From Camelus dromedarius (Eukaryota): a stretch of 64,000 nucleotides of DNA. The position numbers were made by a program, and so were the translations under genes. How positions within the stretch are numbered: position 1 is the stretch's first letter; every line of letters begins with the position of its first letter. Positions 39,020 through 51,711 of this stretch are shown piece after piece. The notes under the pieces are model-generated. The model worked only from the letters and a program-made list of their open reading frames with translations. It was not told the origin of the DNA and did not search any database. Location of the stretch: NCBI RefSeq assembly GCF_036321535.1, contig NC_087437.1, positions 14,014,001 to 14,078,000 of the forward strand, given 5' to 3'.

Positions 39020-39830
39020 GTCCTTTAAGGGATCCTTGACTCCCCTATTAATTCCCCCAAACCAATGTGTAAGTCCTCTTGGCTCTGCCTTCAAAATATA
39101 TTTAGATTCTTTCCACTTCTTACCCCTTCCGCTGCTACTGCCCTACTGCCCTGAACAAATCACCATCATCTCTCACCAGGACTATCACAACAAGACTCTC
39201 TGCCTCCCTCCTTCCTTCTGTTAGTTCTCAACATAGCGGTCAAAGGGATCCTTTTAAAACTGAAGTTACACCTTGTCACTGCACTGCTCAAATCCCCAGT
39301 GGCTTCCAATTTCACTGGAAGTATAAGCCCTTACCTGCCCGTTAAGTCCCAGCATATAAGGCCCTTTCCTCTCTGATACCTTCTGCTATTCTCTCCAGCC
39401 ACAATGGCCTCCTTCACTGTTCCTGAAATACACCAATCATGCTCTTGTTTAGGGCCTTTGCATTTTCTGCTCCTTATGTTAGGAAAACGCTTAGCCCTGA
39501 TACCAGCATGGCTAACTCTCTCACCTTCTTTATCTTAACTGAATGTCATTTTCCCAATGACATTCCCAACCATTCCATCTTATTGTAATCCACGTTCCCT
39601 ATCCCTCAGCTCTCCTACACTGCTGGATTTTCTTTTCCCCAAACCACTTTTCAGCTTCAAACTTACTGTATAATTTTCTTATCTATCTATTGTTTATTTT
39701 TGTCTCTCTTCGTTAGAGTGTCAGCACCATGAGGTCAGGAATCTTTGTGTATTTTATTCCATGATAAATCCCAAGTTTCTAAAACAGTACTTGGCATATA
39801 GTAAATAATAAATAAATAATTGGTAAGTAA
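39020..39830. mobile_element. L2 3' portion
   Basis: ggctctgccttcaaaatatat, caccatcatctctcacc, gggatccttttaaaac, agggcctttgca and the terminal cagtacttggcatatagta. Confidence 0.75.
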
Positions 39831-40188
39831 ATGGAGAGACAGTGAGGCTAAACAAAAGATTTAGAAATCTATCCATTCTGACTAACCATAGAAATATTCA
39901 ATACACGATCAGTAAACTGAAAACCTCATATTGCTAATTCCTTGGGTGGTGACTTCTATTCACTAATATTCTTAATGTAATGATGTTTAACAAAAGAATA
40001 ACCCAATGAGTACTTTAGATCCACTTTTAAATATTTAAATCAAGATAACTGAAAAGCCAAATTAAAGAGAAATTTATAAATCAGTGACTTTGTGCAGAAA
40101 AAAACTTCCTTGTCATAAAACAGGAAAATTTTAAACACTGCTCAAAATATCTAAGGAACATTCTGTTTTTAAATAATGTAATAGTAAC

Positions 40189-40327
40189 CTGGTGCTTGGC
40201 AGTTAAAGACATCTGGAGCAAAAAAGCATTTTCCTGTTTCTTCAGCAATCAAGGCATAGTCCACCTGGCTGAGACCACTTACAGCTGGCAAAAACAAGTT
40301 CCAGAGGCCTTCTGCTTTGGCCATTTC
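40189..40327 (-). CDS. ACAD11: ACAD11 exon 11
   Basis: tgacag|GAA...CCA G|gttact; EMAKAEGLWNLFLPAVSGLSQVDYALIAEETGKCFFAPDVFNCQAP(D); 139 nt. Confidence 0.95.
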
Positions 40328-40993
40328 CTGTCAAGGTGATGAATATGCCAGAGTGAGCATAATTTATCATGACCTAAAATAGTTTATTTTTAAAAGATAT
40401 TGGCATTTATGTTGTTTAAGCTTATGAAGTTATTTATTTCATTGTATCCTACAGTGCGCAAAACCAAGTAGTTATTAATTCATTATAAATCAACAATTTC
40501 TTCATGGTTAAATAAGTGACTTTCCTTCAAGTTTCATAGATTTGGCTGAAAAACCTGAGTACTTCTTACTGAATCATAGTTATTATAAAATAGCCTACAT
40601 CTGAATATAATTATGCCAAAAATACTTTTCTGAGTATTTTAATTTCTAACATGTGTTCCTGTTAGAACTGAAGACATGAAACTTGGATTGGGCCCATGTG
40701 GGACAAATGCCCTGCCTCAAAATTTAGTCTCAACTAAGTGACAGACGGTCGTCATAGTGTTAACTGCATTTTTTTCTTTGAACAGCTGTATGAGTTTGTC
40801 TTTATCATACAGGCTACACAAAACACTGTAACCTAATTTGTATATTATGGATTTTATTTTTAACTTTCTTTTTAAAAAGTTATAATTGATATAATTATCC
40901 TCTACATATATAGCAGCAGCAGCAACAACAAAGGTCTCTCAAAAACACCTGCATAGAAATTCTCCAATTTTAAGGTTCTCCTATTTTTCTTAC

Positions 40994-41071
40994 CTTGAGT
41001 TTATCAATCACTAATGGTTTTTTCCACTTATCCACTGAATTTCCATTTTGACCATAGAACTCAATTACCTC
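40994..41071 (-). CDS. ACAD11: ACAD11 exon 10
   Basis: tttaag|GAG...AAG|gtaaga; EVIEFYGQNGNSVDKWKKPLVIDKLK; 78 nt. Confidence 0.94.
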
Positions 41072-42322
41072 CTTAAAGTATAAAAGGAAAAAAAAGTTCA
41101 TTAGCCAAAGTTAATACAAAAAGTAAATAATGCTAATATTGCAAATACATATAAACTGCTAATATTCAAAGTAAACATATTTAGGCGAAGAAACCTTTCC
41201 AACTGCTGTTCTATCAGTAATATTTCTTTCTAAAACCACACATAGAAGTATAAAAAATCCTGGAGGTTTGCTCCTTACAAATTTATGCTACCTTGATATT
41301 AGAGAATTACCTTCCAAAATCTTATATCAAGATTTGAGTGTTCCATTTTCAGCAATCTGGCACATTAGATGGTCATAGAATCCCTTCCCAGGGTAGTACA
41401 ACTAAAAATAGTGGTTACATTTTAAAAAATTATTTAAAAAATACATTTAGTAACGCATAGCTGTACTGGCAGGAAAATAAGGAAAGTCCTCACAGGTCAG
41501 GGAAAAAAAATATGACTCTTCAGGTGTGAGTGAGCATTGGAGCCAAGTTTGTCTGGGGTTGTAGGCCGATCTGTGTTAGCCTGGGTCATAGTTTGCAATG
41601 GGCCATATAGGCAGGGGTCAGGAAACAAATCCAAATGCCCCAAACAGGGCAAGAGGGAGGATCAGAGATCACCAATTCCCTCCACCAAATCCAGGATGCC
41701 TGATGGGCAAAACCTAAGTGGCAAAAAATAAAAAACAACAACAAAAACCCACTCCTTAGTGGTAGACCATGGGAATACAAGCCATAAATAGGATGGAACA
41801 GAAAAAAGAAATATTTCTAACCTGAAACTTGTCTTCACCAAAGTTTGAGATCTGAATTCATAGACCTGTCAGGCCCTAAAATCTCAAGCTAAAAATGAAG
41901 TTTGCAGTGTTCCTGGTGACAGTGCATGCAAGCCCCTGGCAGAAGCGAAAAAACATTCTCTCTGGAGGAAAGAGCTTTAAACCAAAGCCTTAAATAATCC
42001 CTGCAGATAAAGTTCGATTCCAAAGAACACGAGTTCATAATGAGAAAATACTGAACACTGAAGGTAACAAGCCACCATTAGCAAGAATAGCAAACACAGT
42101 AGTTCAACAAAACTGAATCACACTGCCCAAGACGACAGACAGAACAATGACTAAACAGAGAATACAAAGTATTTATGTGCAACAGATTTCAAGAATAATG
42201 GAAGGAATTAAAAGTATGACAAAGGACTATCAAAACTGGCCAGACAAATTTGAAAAATAACTTGAATGCAACTTGAGGTAAAGAAAAACCACAGTAGTTA
42301 AATCTAAAAGCGCAGTGGCAGT

Positions 42323-42491
42323 GGGAGAGGGTGTAGCTCAGTGGTAGACTGCATGGCTAGCATGCCTGAGGTCTGCGTTCAATCCCACTACCTCCACTAA
42401 GGAAAAAAACAAAACCAAAAAAAAGCCCTTAATTTAAACCTCCTCCCATTAAAAAAAGGAACTTATTAACAACAAAATAAAACAAACAAAC
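42323..42491 (+). mobile_element. tRNA-derived SINE, Vic-1-like (more diverged copy)
   Basis: GGGAGAGGGTGTAGCTCAGTGGTAGA...GTTCAATCCC...TACCTCC and an A-rich tail. Decayed TSD AAAAGCGCAGTGGCAGT / AAAACTCAATGGCAGT. Confidence 0.8.
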
Positions 42492-42503
42492 AAAACTCAA
42501 TGG

Positions 42504-42650
42504 CAGTGGTTCTCAAGCTTCAGTGGGTATCAGAATCACTGTGTAAAACACAAGGGCCCGAGCCTCATCCTACTTCGATGAATCTGCTTCTATAACCTTA
42601 ACTAGCTCTCTAGGCAATACTGACACATTTCAAATTTTGAGATCCACTGC
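42504..42650. mobile_element. MER5-like element
   Basis: Terminal inverted ends cagtggttctcaa ... ttgagatccactg, with tcagaatcac internally. Confidence 0.7.
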
Positions 42651-44074
42651 TCTATGCGAAGTTGAAAAGTAGATTAGTTGTAGCTGAAAAAATAATAAGT
42701 TGGAAAAAAATTCTGAAGAAATTACTCCTTTCTTGACTGAAGCGCAGAAATTCAATAGAAGGATAGTGAGTGGTTAAAGGATCTGATGGCTATAGAGAGA
42801 ATCATTACTTCTCTTCTGTCGAGCGAAAAAGAAAAAAGGAAAAAACAAAGAAAGATAAAAGTTTACTAGCAGATTCTCATTAAAGGAACTTGATCCTAGA
42901 AGAAACATCTGGGTTGTAAGAAGGAATAGTAAATAAAGTGAAAGATATAGGGTAAATTGAAATGTAAAAACTAGTGACATAAAACAATAACAATAATCTA
43001 ATTTGTGCAACTAAAAGAATCAAGATGAACTAAAATACTGGACTATAATGGCACTCTCCAATATTTTGCTATTAAAGCTTCTATGTACTTATTTCCTACA
43101 TATAGGGTAGTAGAATTACTGGATGAAAGGCTATGAACAATGGCCAAAGCTCCATATTATAAAATTATTTTCTAAAGTTGTTCTACCAACTTAGTCATAC
43201 AGGTAACATGCAAAAACGTTCCTTTTGTTGAAGCCATGACTAGTCTAGAGTATTGCTATATTTAGTGAAAACTTCAAGAAGATAAAGGATGGTTCATTCA
43301 CAAGCACCAGGATGAACAGCACTGGTCATTTCTGTCAGGAAGTCAGTTACTTCGGAAGATTTCCTGTTTAGGATTGTTTATTATTTCCATCCGTCGCATT
43401 GCCATAGGAACAGGCAAAGCAACTGTGTTTGATAAGAAATGTGTTATGTAATACGTGTACAAATTCCTCATCTCTGACCACCTCTCTATAATACCACAGT
43501 TTTGAGAAGCTAAAATTTCCCAGTGTTCATATAATTATTTTAAAGCCTTGTGTTGTTTAATACTTTCTGTTCTAAAGTCTATCCATATGGAGACTGAAAA
43601 ATCTTTTTGTGGTATGGTAGGAGTCAAAATTAAAATACTTCATTACAAAGAAGATTTCTGTAGTTCTTAAAATATGAAAAAGTTTATTGGCGAAAAAGGA
43701 AAGCAGAAAATATGCTTGGTGCCTGATCAATTCTCCCCAAATATCACCTTTAACATCTAACTCCCTCATTCACTGATTGAGATACTGCTATGGAGTATAT
43801 TGGTTCAGAATCTTAAATGTGAGCCTACAAATAGTTTTATAATATAATATGTTTTTCAGTTTAAACTTAAGTCTGTTAGAAAGAAAGAAGCAACAGTTCT
43901 TCCACAGTATATTATTAGACTCAGTAGGAAAATGTGACTAACGTTATTATGTTAAAAGTGTGTTCTGAGTAATATGTCATGTTGCTAGTTCCTGTTCTAC
44001 ATGCTATTTTTAGGACTCCTTATCCATTTTGAATGGGAAGAGCTGCCTTTCTTTCATTTCTTTTCTTCTTTCAG

Positions 44075-44385
44075 TTTCTTATGATAATATAATGACATAC
44101 AGCTCTGTATAAGTTTAAGGTATACAGCTTAATAATCTGACTTACATACATCATGAAATGATTATCACAATAAGTTTAGTGAACATCCATCCTCTCATAA
44201 GGATATGAAACTAAAGAAATAGGAAAAAAAATTCTTGTGATGAAAATTCTTATCATTCATATACAAAATACAGCAGTGTTAATTATATTAATCATGTTAT
44301 ACATTACATCCCTAATTATCTTTCTTATTAGCTGGAAGTTTGTATCTCTTGACTGCTTTCAACCAATTCCCCCTCCAGATCACTC
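44075..44385 (-). mobile_element. Short L1 3' UTR fragment, same family as 28345-29102
   Basis: Shares gacttacatacatcatgaaatgattatcac...aagtttagtgaacatccatcctctca with the 28.4 kb copy. Confidence 0.75.
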
Positions 44386-45558
44386 CTACAGGCAGAATTA
44401 CCTTTTAATGTTTTAATAGATAATGGGTTCTTATGTTCTTACTTTATGATATGTGAAGAGTTTCAGAAGGTCATTAGAATAGCATAAATGAAGTTTATTT
44501 TTTCCCAGTACAGAAAACTGGAAAATACATTATGTAAAGTATTAGGAAAAAGTCATCAATAGTCTTACTAGCTAAAGATATGTACTATTAAGATGTTGCT
44601 GTATTATATGATACAATCTTGTATTCTAGACATGACTGTTCTAGGTTTTATAAACTTAGTTACAATAATATTGGACAGAATTGTATAGGCTTTCTCCCCT
44701 TCCATTTTGAAAAAGGTAATTTTCTCCAAGTATCGTTTCAAATGTGTATGATGTCACAAACAGGGATTAGTATTGTTTAGAATCATTCTACAGGATAAAA
44801 CGTTTTTACAGATGTTAGTACACATTTTTAAAGGAAGAAAAAGCTCACATTATTAGATGTGGATATATTCCAGATTTGAACGCTCTACAGACACAAAATG
44901 ATTATAGCTTTCCTTGCCACACAAAATGTTGACAATCTTTCCTTTAAAACTATAGGCTGCTTTTTAAATTTATCATAAAGCATTTTCTTTTATTGCAAAT
45001 TCTTTGCAAATATTTTAATTGGTGCATGATAGGAAGTTCAGCAGATGTATATGACATTTCTCTTCTGTGCTGCATGCTTCCCTGGATTGCTCATTTACAT
45101 TTATGAATGAAAAAACAAAGCTACTTGGTTTCCTCTGACAATTCTGACTCTCCTTTGAAAAATGAACTGGTTGTTAAGCACTCGCATGTCAATACACAGG
45201 CTTCATTTTAGGGTGAGCAGGTAGGAATCAGGCAGGCTGACAGCCAAGCTATCATCTACACCAAAGCCCCCAACAGAAAAATAAAACAAAACTGGGGGAC
45301 TCCTCTCTAGAGCACTAACCCTCATTTGAAGCCATGACTTCTTTGAAACAGATCATTTGCCTTTTTAGAGTACTCTTGACAGCCTCCGATCTGGGGCAAA
45401 CACCACTGCTATCCAGGCGTGTCAGAAACCAATCCACGCAGTCCACCTACAGCTGAAGTCTTCCATCAAACATCTTGATTTCTCATCCTCTTCTCACTTG
45501 TGCCCTCCATTACAGACAATCACAGAGGATTCCATTGTGAAAAAAAAGTTACCACTTG

Positions 45559-48500
45559 ATTTCTAGCCAAGACTGCGGAATAGTAGGATCACGAGCTCGC
45601 CTCTCCTCGCAAATACAACAAAACCACAACTGACTGCTAAACAACCACTGGGAAAAAAGACTGGAGCCTAACAAAAAAGATCTTCTTCAACCGGAAACAT
45701 AAAGAGGAAACCTCAGCAGGTTGGTAGGAGGGCCATGCTCGCTATATAATCAGGCCCCATATCCTCCAGGTGGGCGACCCACAAGCAAAAGAATAATTAA
45801 GTTGCAGAGGCCCTCCCACAGGAGTGAGAGTTCTGAGCCCAACGTCAGCCTCCCCAGTCGGGGTTCCAGCATTGGGAGGAGGAGACCCCAGGACAACTGG
45901 GTTTGAAGGCCAGTGGGGCTTAACTCCAGGAGCCCCATGGGACTGGGGGAAATAAAGACTTCATTCTCTTGGGAAACATATACAGAATCTCACATGTGCC
46001 AGGTCCAAGGGCAGAGGCAGTGATTTCATAGGAACTTGGGCCAGACTTGCCTGCTGGTTTTGGAAGGTGTCCTGGGTAGGTAGGGGAGAGCTGTGGCTCA
46101 CCCAGGGCCATAAAAGCTGGTGGCAGACACTGCTGGAGTATTCATTTATGTGAGCTTTCCTGGAGGCTGACATCTTGATTGGCTCATTAGCACCAAGACT
46201 TAGCCCCACCCAACAGCCTGTAAGCTTAAAGGCTAGGAAGCTCCAGGCCAAACAACATACTGGGTGGGAACACAGCCCCACCCATCAGCAGACCTCCTGA
46301 GCTCAGAGCCAACCTCTTGAAATAGCCCTACCCACCAGCGGTCCAGGACCAAGCTTCATCCAGCAGTGGGCAGGCACTAACTCCTCCTGCCAGGAAACCT
46401 GCATAAGCCTCTAGTCCAGACTCATCCACCAGGGGGCAGATACCAGAAATAAGAAAACAACAATCCTAAAGCTTGTGGAAGGAATTTGCAAATACAAGCC
46501 AGACACTACCCCGGGACTGGCTGGTCCCAGGCCCTTAGGTAACAAGAGAGGAGTGTACTGCTGGGACGCATAGGACATCTCCCACAGAAGGCCATTTCTC
46601 CAAGGTTGAGAAACATAACTAACCTATCTAAAAATACAAATAGAAAGACAGACAATATGAAGCGGCAGAGGAATACCTTCCAGGCCAAGGCACAAGATAA
46701 AAATCCCAGAAGAAGAAATAAGTGACAAGGAGATAGGCAATTTATCCAAGAAAGAGTTTAAAGTAATAATGGCGAAGATGTTCGGAGACCTCAAGAGAAG
46801 TATAGATGCACAGAGTGAAGTTTTTAGCAAAGAGTTGGAAAATATAAAGAATACCCAAACAGATTTGAAGAATAAAATTACCGAAATGAATAACACACTA
46901 AAAGGAACCAAGAATAGACTAAATGAGGCAGAAGAATGGATCAGTGAGTTAGAAGACAGATTAGTGGAAATCACTATCACAGAACAGAAAAAAGAAAAAG
47001 AATGAAAAAAAATGAGGATAGTTTAAGAGACCTCTGGGACAACATGAAGTACACTAATATTTGCATTTTAGGAGTCCCAGAAAAAGAAGATACAGAGAAA
47101 GGACCTGAGAAAATTTTTGAAGAGATAATAACTGAAAACTTCCCTAACTTGGGAAAGGAAACAGTCACCTAAGTCTGGGAAGTGCAGAGAGTTCCACAGA
47201 GGATCAACCCAAATAGGAACACACTGAGGCACACAGTAATCAAACTGATGAAAATTAAGGATAAGGAGAAGTGAGAGAAAAGCAGCAAATAAAATATGAA
47301 GGAACTCCCCTAAGGTTTCAGCTGATTTTTCAACAGAAACTCCGAAGGCAGAAAGGAGTGGTATTATATATTTAAAGTGATGAAAGGGAAAAACTTATAA
47401 CCAAGAATACTCTATCCAGTAAGGCTTTCATTCAGATTTGATGGAGAAATCAAAGGCTTCACAGATAAACAAAAAGTAAAATAATTCAACACCACCAAAC
47501 AAGCTTTGTAACAAATGTTAAAGGAACTTCTGCAGTCACCAAAACACAAGAAACGAGAACAAAAAGAAGAAAGAAAGAAAAAAAAAAAAAAAGACCTACA
47601 AAAACAAACCCAAAACAATTAACAAAATGGCAATAAGAATTTATTTATCAATAATTACCTTAAATGTAAATATATTAAATGCTCCAAACAGGACATAGAC
47701 TGGCTGAATGTATACAAAAACAAGACCCATATATATGCTGTCTGTAAGAGACCCACTTCATATCTAGGGAAACATGCAGGCTGAAAGTAAGGGGATGGAA
47801 AAAGATATTCCATGCAAATGGAAACCAAAAGAAAACTTAAGTAGCAATACTATATCAGACAATATAAATTTTAAAATAAAGACTGTTACAGAGACAAAGA
47901 AGGACACTACATAATGCTTAAGGGATCAATCCAAGAAAAGAATATAACAATTGTAAATATGTATGCACCCAACATAGGAGCACTTCAATATATTAGGCAA
48001 TTGTTAACACACATAAAAAGAGAAATTGACATTAACACCATAATAGTGGGGGAAATTAACACCTCACTTACATCAATGGACAAATCATCCAGACAGAAAA
48101 TCAATAAGAAATACAGGCCCTAAATAGCACATTAGACCAGATGGACTTAATTAGTATCTATAGAGCATTCCATCTGAAAACAATAGAATACACATTCTTC
48201 TCAGATGCACATGGAACATTCTCCAGAATCAATCACATGCTGGCCCACACAGCTAGCCTCAGGAAATTTAAGAAAACTGAAATCGTATCAAGCATCTTTT
48301 CTGACCATAACACTATAAGGTTAGAAATCAGCTATAAGAAAAAAACCTGCAAAAACTGCAAGCACATGAAGGTTAAATAATATGCTACTAAACAACCAAA
48401 GGATCACTAAAGAAATCAAAGAGGAAATAAAAAACTACTTTGAGACAAATGAAAACAAAAACACAATGATCCAAAATCTCTGGGATGCAGCAAAAGAAGG

Positions 48501-51500
48501 TCTAAGAGGAGAGTTTATAGCAACACAAGCCTACCTCAGGAAATAAGAAAAATCTCAAGTAAACAAACTAACCTTTCACCTAAAGCAGCTAGAGAAAGAA
48601 GAACAAACAAAACCCAAATTTAGTAGAAGAAAGTATAAAGATCAGAGCAGAAATAAATGAAATAGAGACTAAAAAGAAACAATAGAAAAGATCAATGAAA
48701 CTAAAAGCTGGTTCTTTGAAAAGATAAACAAAATTGATAAACCTTTAGTTAGACTCACCAAGAAAAAAAAAAAAAGGAGAGGACTCAAATTAGTAAAATC
48801 AGAAATGAAAAAAGAGAAGGTACACCCACACTACAGAAATACAAGGGATCATAAGCAGCTGCTATGAGCAACTATACACCAACAAAAAGGATAAAGTAGA
48901 AGAAATGGACAATTTCTTAGACAGGTACAATTTGCCAACTCTAAATCAAGAAGAAATAGACAATATGAAAAGACCAATTACCAGTACTGAAGTTGAATCA
49001 GTAATTTTAAAAATCCCAACAAACAAAAGTCCAGGACAAGGGGAATTCTACCAAACATTTAGAGAAGAGTTAACACCTATCCTTCTGAAACTATTCTAAA
49101 AAATTGCACAGGAAGGAACACTTCTAATTCATTCACCCTGATTCCAAAACCAGACAAGATATCACAAAAAAAGAAAATTACAGTCCAATACCACTTATGA
49201 ATATAGATGCAAAAATCCTCAACAAAATACTAGCAGACTGACTCCAACAATTCATGAAAAGGATCATATACCATGATCAAGTGGGATTTATCCCAGGGAT
49301 GCAAGGATTTTTTAATAACTGCAAATCAATCAATGTGATACAAACTGAAGAATAAAAGCCGTATGAGCATCTCAATAGATGCAGCAAAAGCTTTTGATGA
49401 AACTCAACATCCATTTATAATAAAAACTCTCCAGAAAGTGGGCATACAGGGAACATATCTCAACAAAATAAAAGCCATATATGACAAACACACAGCTAAC
49501 GTCATACTTAATGGTGAAAAGCTGAAAGCATTTCCTCTAAGATCAGGAGCCAGACAAGGATGCCCACTCTCGCCATTTTATTCTACATAGTTTTGGAAGT
49601 CCTAGTCATAGGAATTAAAGAAGAAAAAGAAATAAAAGGAATCCCATTTGGAAAAGAAGTAAAACTGCCACTGTTTGCAGATGTCATGATACTATACATA
49701 GAAAACCCTAAAGAAGTTACCAGAAAACTACTATAGCTCACCAATGAATTTGGCAAAGTTGCAGGATACAAAGTTAACACACATAAATCAATTGCATTTC
49801 TATACAGTAACAATGAAATAGTAGAAAAAGAAATTAAGAAAATAATACCATTTACCATCACACCAAAAAGAATAAAATACCTAGAAATAAACCTACCCAA
49901 GGAGGCAAAGAACCTGTACTCTGAAAACTGTAAGACACTGATGAAAGAAACTGAAGATGGCATAAACAAATGGAAAGACATACCATATTCTTGGATGGGA
50001 AGAATCAGTATTGTTAAAATGGCCATACTACCCAAGGGAATATACAGATTCAATGCAATCCCTATCAAATTACCGATGACATTTTTCACAGACCTGGAAC
50101 AAAAAAAGTTAAAATTTTTATAGAAATACAAAAGACCCCGAATAGCTAAAACAATCTTGAAAAAGAAGAACAGATCTGGGGGAATCACACTCCCTGACTT
50201 CAGACTATACTACAAAACTACAGTAATCAAAATAGATGGTATTGGTACAAAAACAGACACATAGATCAATGAAACAGGATAGAAAGCCCAGAAATAAATC
50301 CATACACTTATGGTCAATTAATCTATGACAAACGAGGTAAGAATACACAATGGAGAGAAGACAGTCTTTTCAATAAATAGTGCTGGGAAAACTGGACAGC
50401 TACCTGTAAAAGACTGAAATTACAACATTCTCTAACACCATATACAAAAAGAAACTCAAAATGGATTAAAGACTTAAATGTAAGATCAGATTCTATAAAA
50501 CTCCTAGAGGAAAACATAGGCAGAACACTCTTGGATATATATCACAGCAATATTTTTTTTGAACCAGTTTTTGGAGCAATGGAAATAATAGTAAAAATAA
50601 ACAAATAGGATCTAATTAAACTTAAAAGTTTTTACACAGCTAAGGATACCATCAACAAAATGAAAAGACAATCTACAGAATGAGAGAAAATGTTTGCAAA
50701 TGATGTGACTGACAAAGGACCAATTTCCAAAATATACAAACAGCTCATACAACTTAATATGAAAAATACAAGAAACTCGATCAAAAACTTGGCAGAAGGC
50801 TTAAATAGACATCTCTCCAAAGGAGACATCTAGATGGGCAACAAACATATGAAAAGATGCTCCACATCACTAATGGTTAGAGAAATTCAAATCAAAACTA
50901 CGATGAAGTATCACTTCACACCAGTCAGAATAGCCATCATTGAAAAGTCTACAAACAATAAATGCTGGAGAAGGTGTGGAGAAAATGGAACCCTCCTACA
51001 CTGTTGGTAGGAATATAGACTGGTACAGCCAGTATGAAGGACAGTATGCAGTTTCCTTAAAAAACTAAAAATATATTTACCATATAATCCAGCAATCCCA
51101 CTCCTGGTCATATACCCAGATAAAAATATATTTCAAAAAGACACATGTACCCCAATGTTCATAGCAGTGCTGTTTATAATAGCCAAGACATGCAAACAAC
51201 CCAAATGTCCATCAACAGATGAGTGGATAAAGAAGATGTGGTATATATATATACCATGTGGTATGTGTACATACATACACACAGATATATATATATATAT
51301 ACACACACACAGATATGTATATACATACACACATACATATACATACATACAGAATGGAATACTACTCAGTCATAAAAAAGAATAAAATAATGCCATTTGT
51401 GGCAACGTGGATGGACTTGAAGATTGTCATTCTAAGTGAAGTAAGCCAGAAAGAGAAAGAAAAATGCCATATGATATTGCTTATATGTAGAATCTAAAAC

Positions 51501-51711
51501 AAACAAAAAGGATACAAATGAACAATTTATTATTTATAACTTAGATAACTGATTTCTTGAATATGTGTGAGCACATTTGACTGCCCTTTATGATTAGATT
51601 ACTGCATTCTGTTGATTCTTAAAAAATAAATATTTAGCTAGAAAAAAAGTATACAGTAAACTAGTCTCTGTTACGACATGTAATTATTAGAAGAAAAAGG
51701 AGTTCTAAAAA
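45559..51711 (+). mobile_element. Near-full-length inactive LINE-1 in ACAD11 intron 9 (antisense to ACAD11)
   Basis: 5' UTR, ORF1 from ATG 46657 and ORF2 from ATG 47627, both broken by stops and frameshifts. RT motif reads FADV at 49674-49685. TSD AAAAAAAAGTTACCACTTG at 45540-45558 and 51712-51730. Confidence 0.95.
51240..51350. repeat. Compound (TA)n/(CA)n microsatellite inside the L1 3' region
   Basis: Visible alternating ATAT/ACAC/TACA runs. Confidence 0.85.

Noticed and set aside
42323..42395. tRNA gene-like sequence
   Set aside because: The cloverleaf is degenerate and is followed by a SINE tail and TSD, so it is a SINE head.
28365..44385. Apparent duplication between 28.4-28.7 kb and 44.1-44.4 kb
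   Set aside because: These are two independent insertions of the same L1 3' UTR family with unrelated flanks.
49583..50188. 201-aa hydrophobic minus-strand ORF
   Set aside because: It is the antisense frame of A-rich L1 ORF2, a common artefact.
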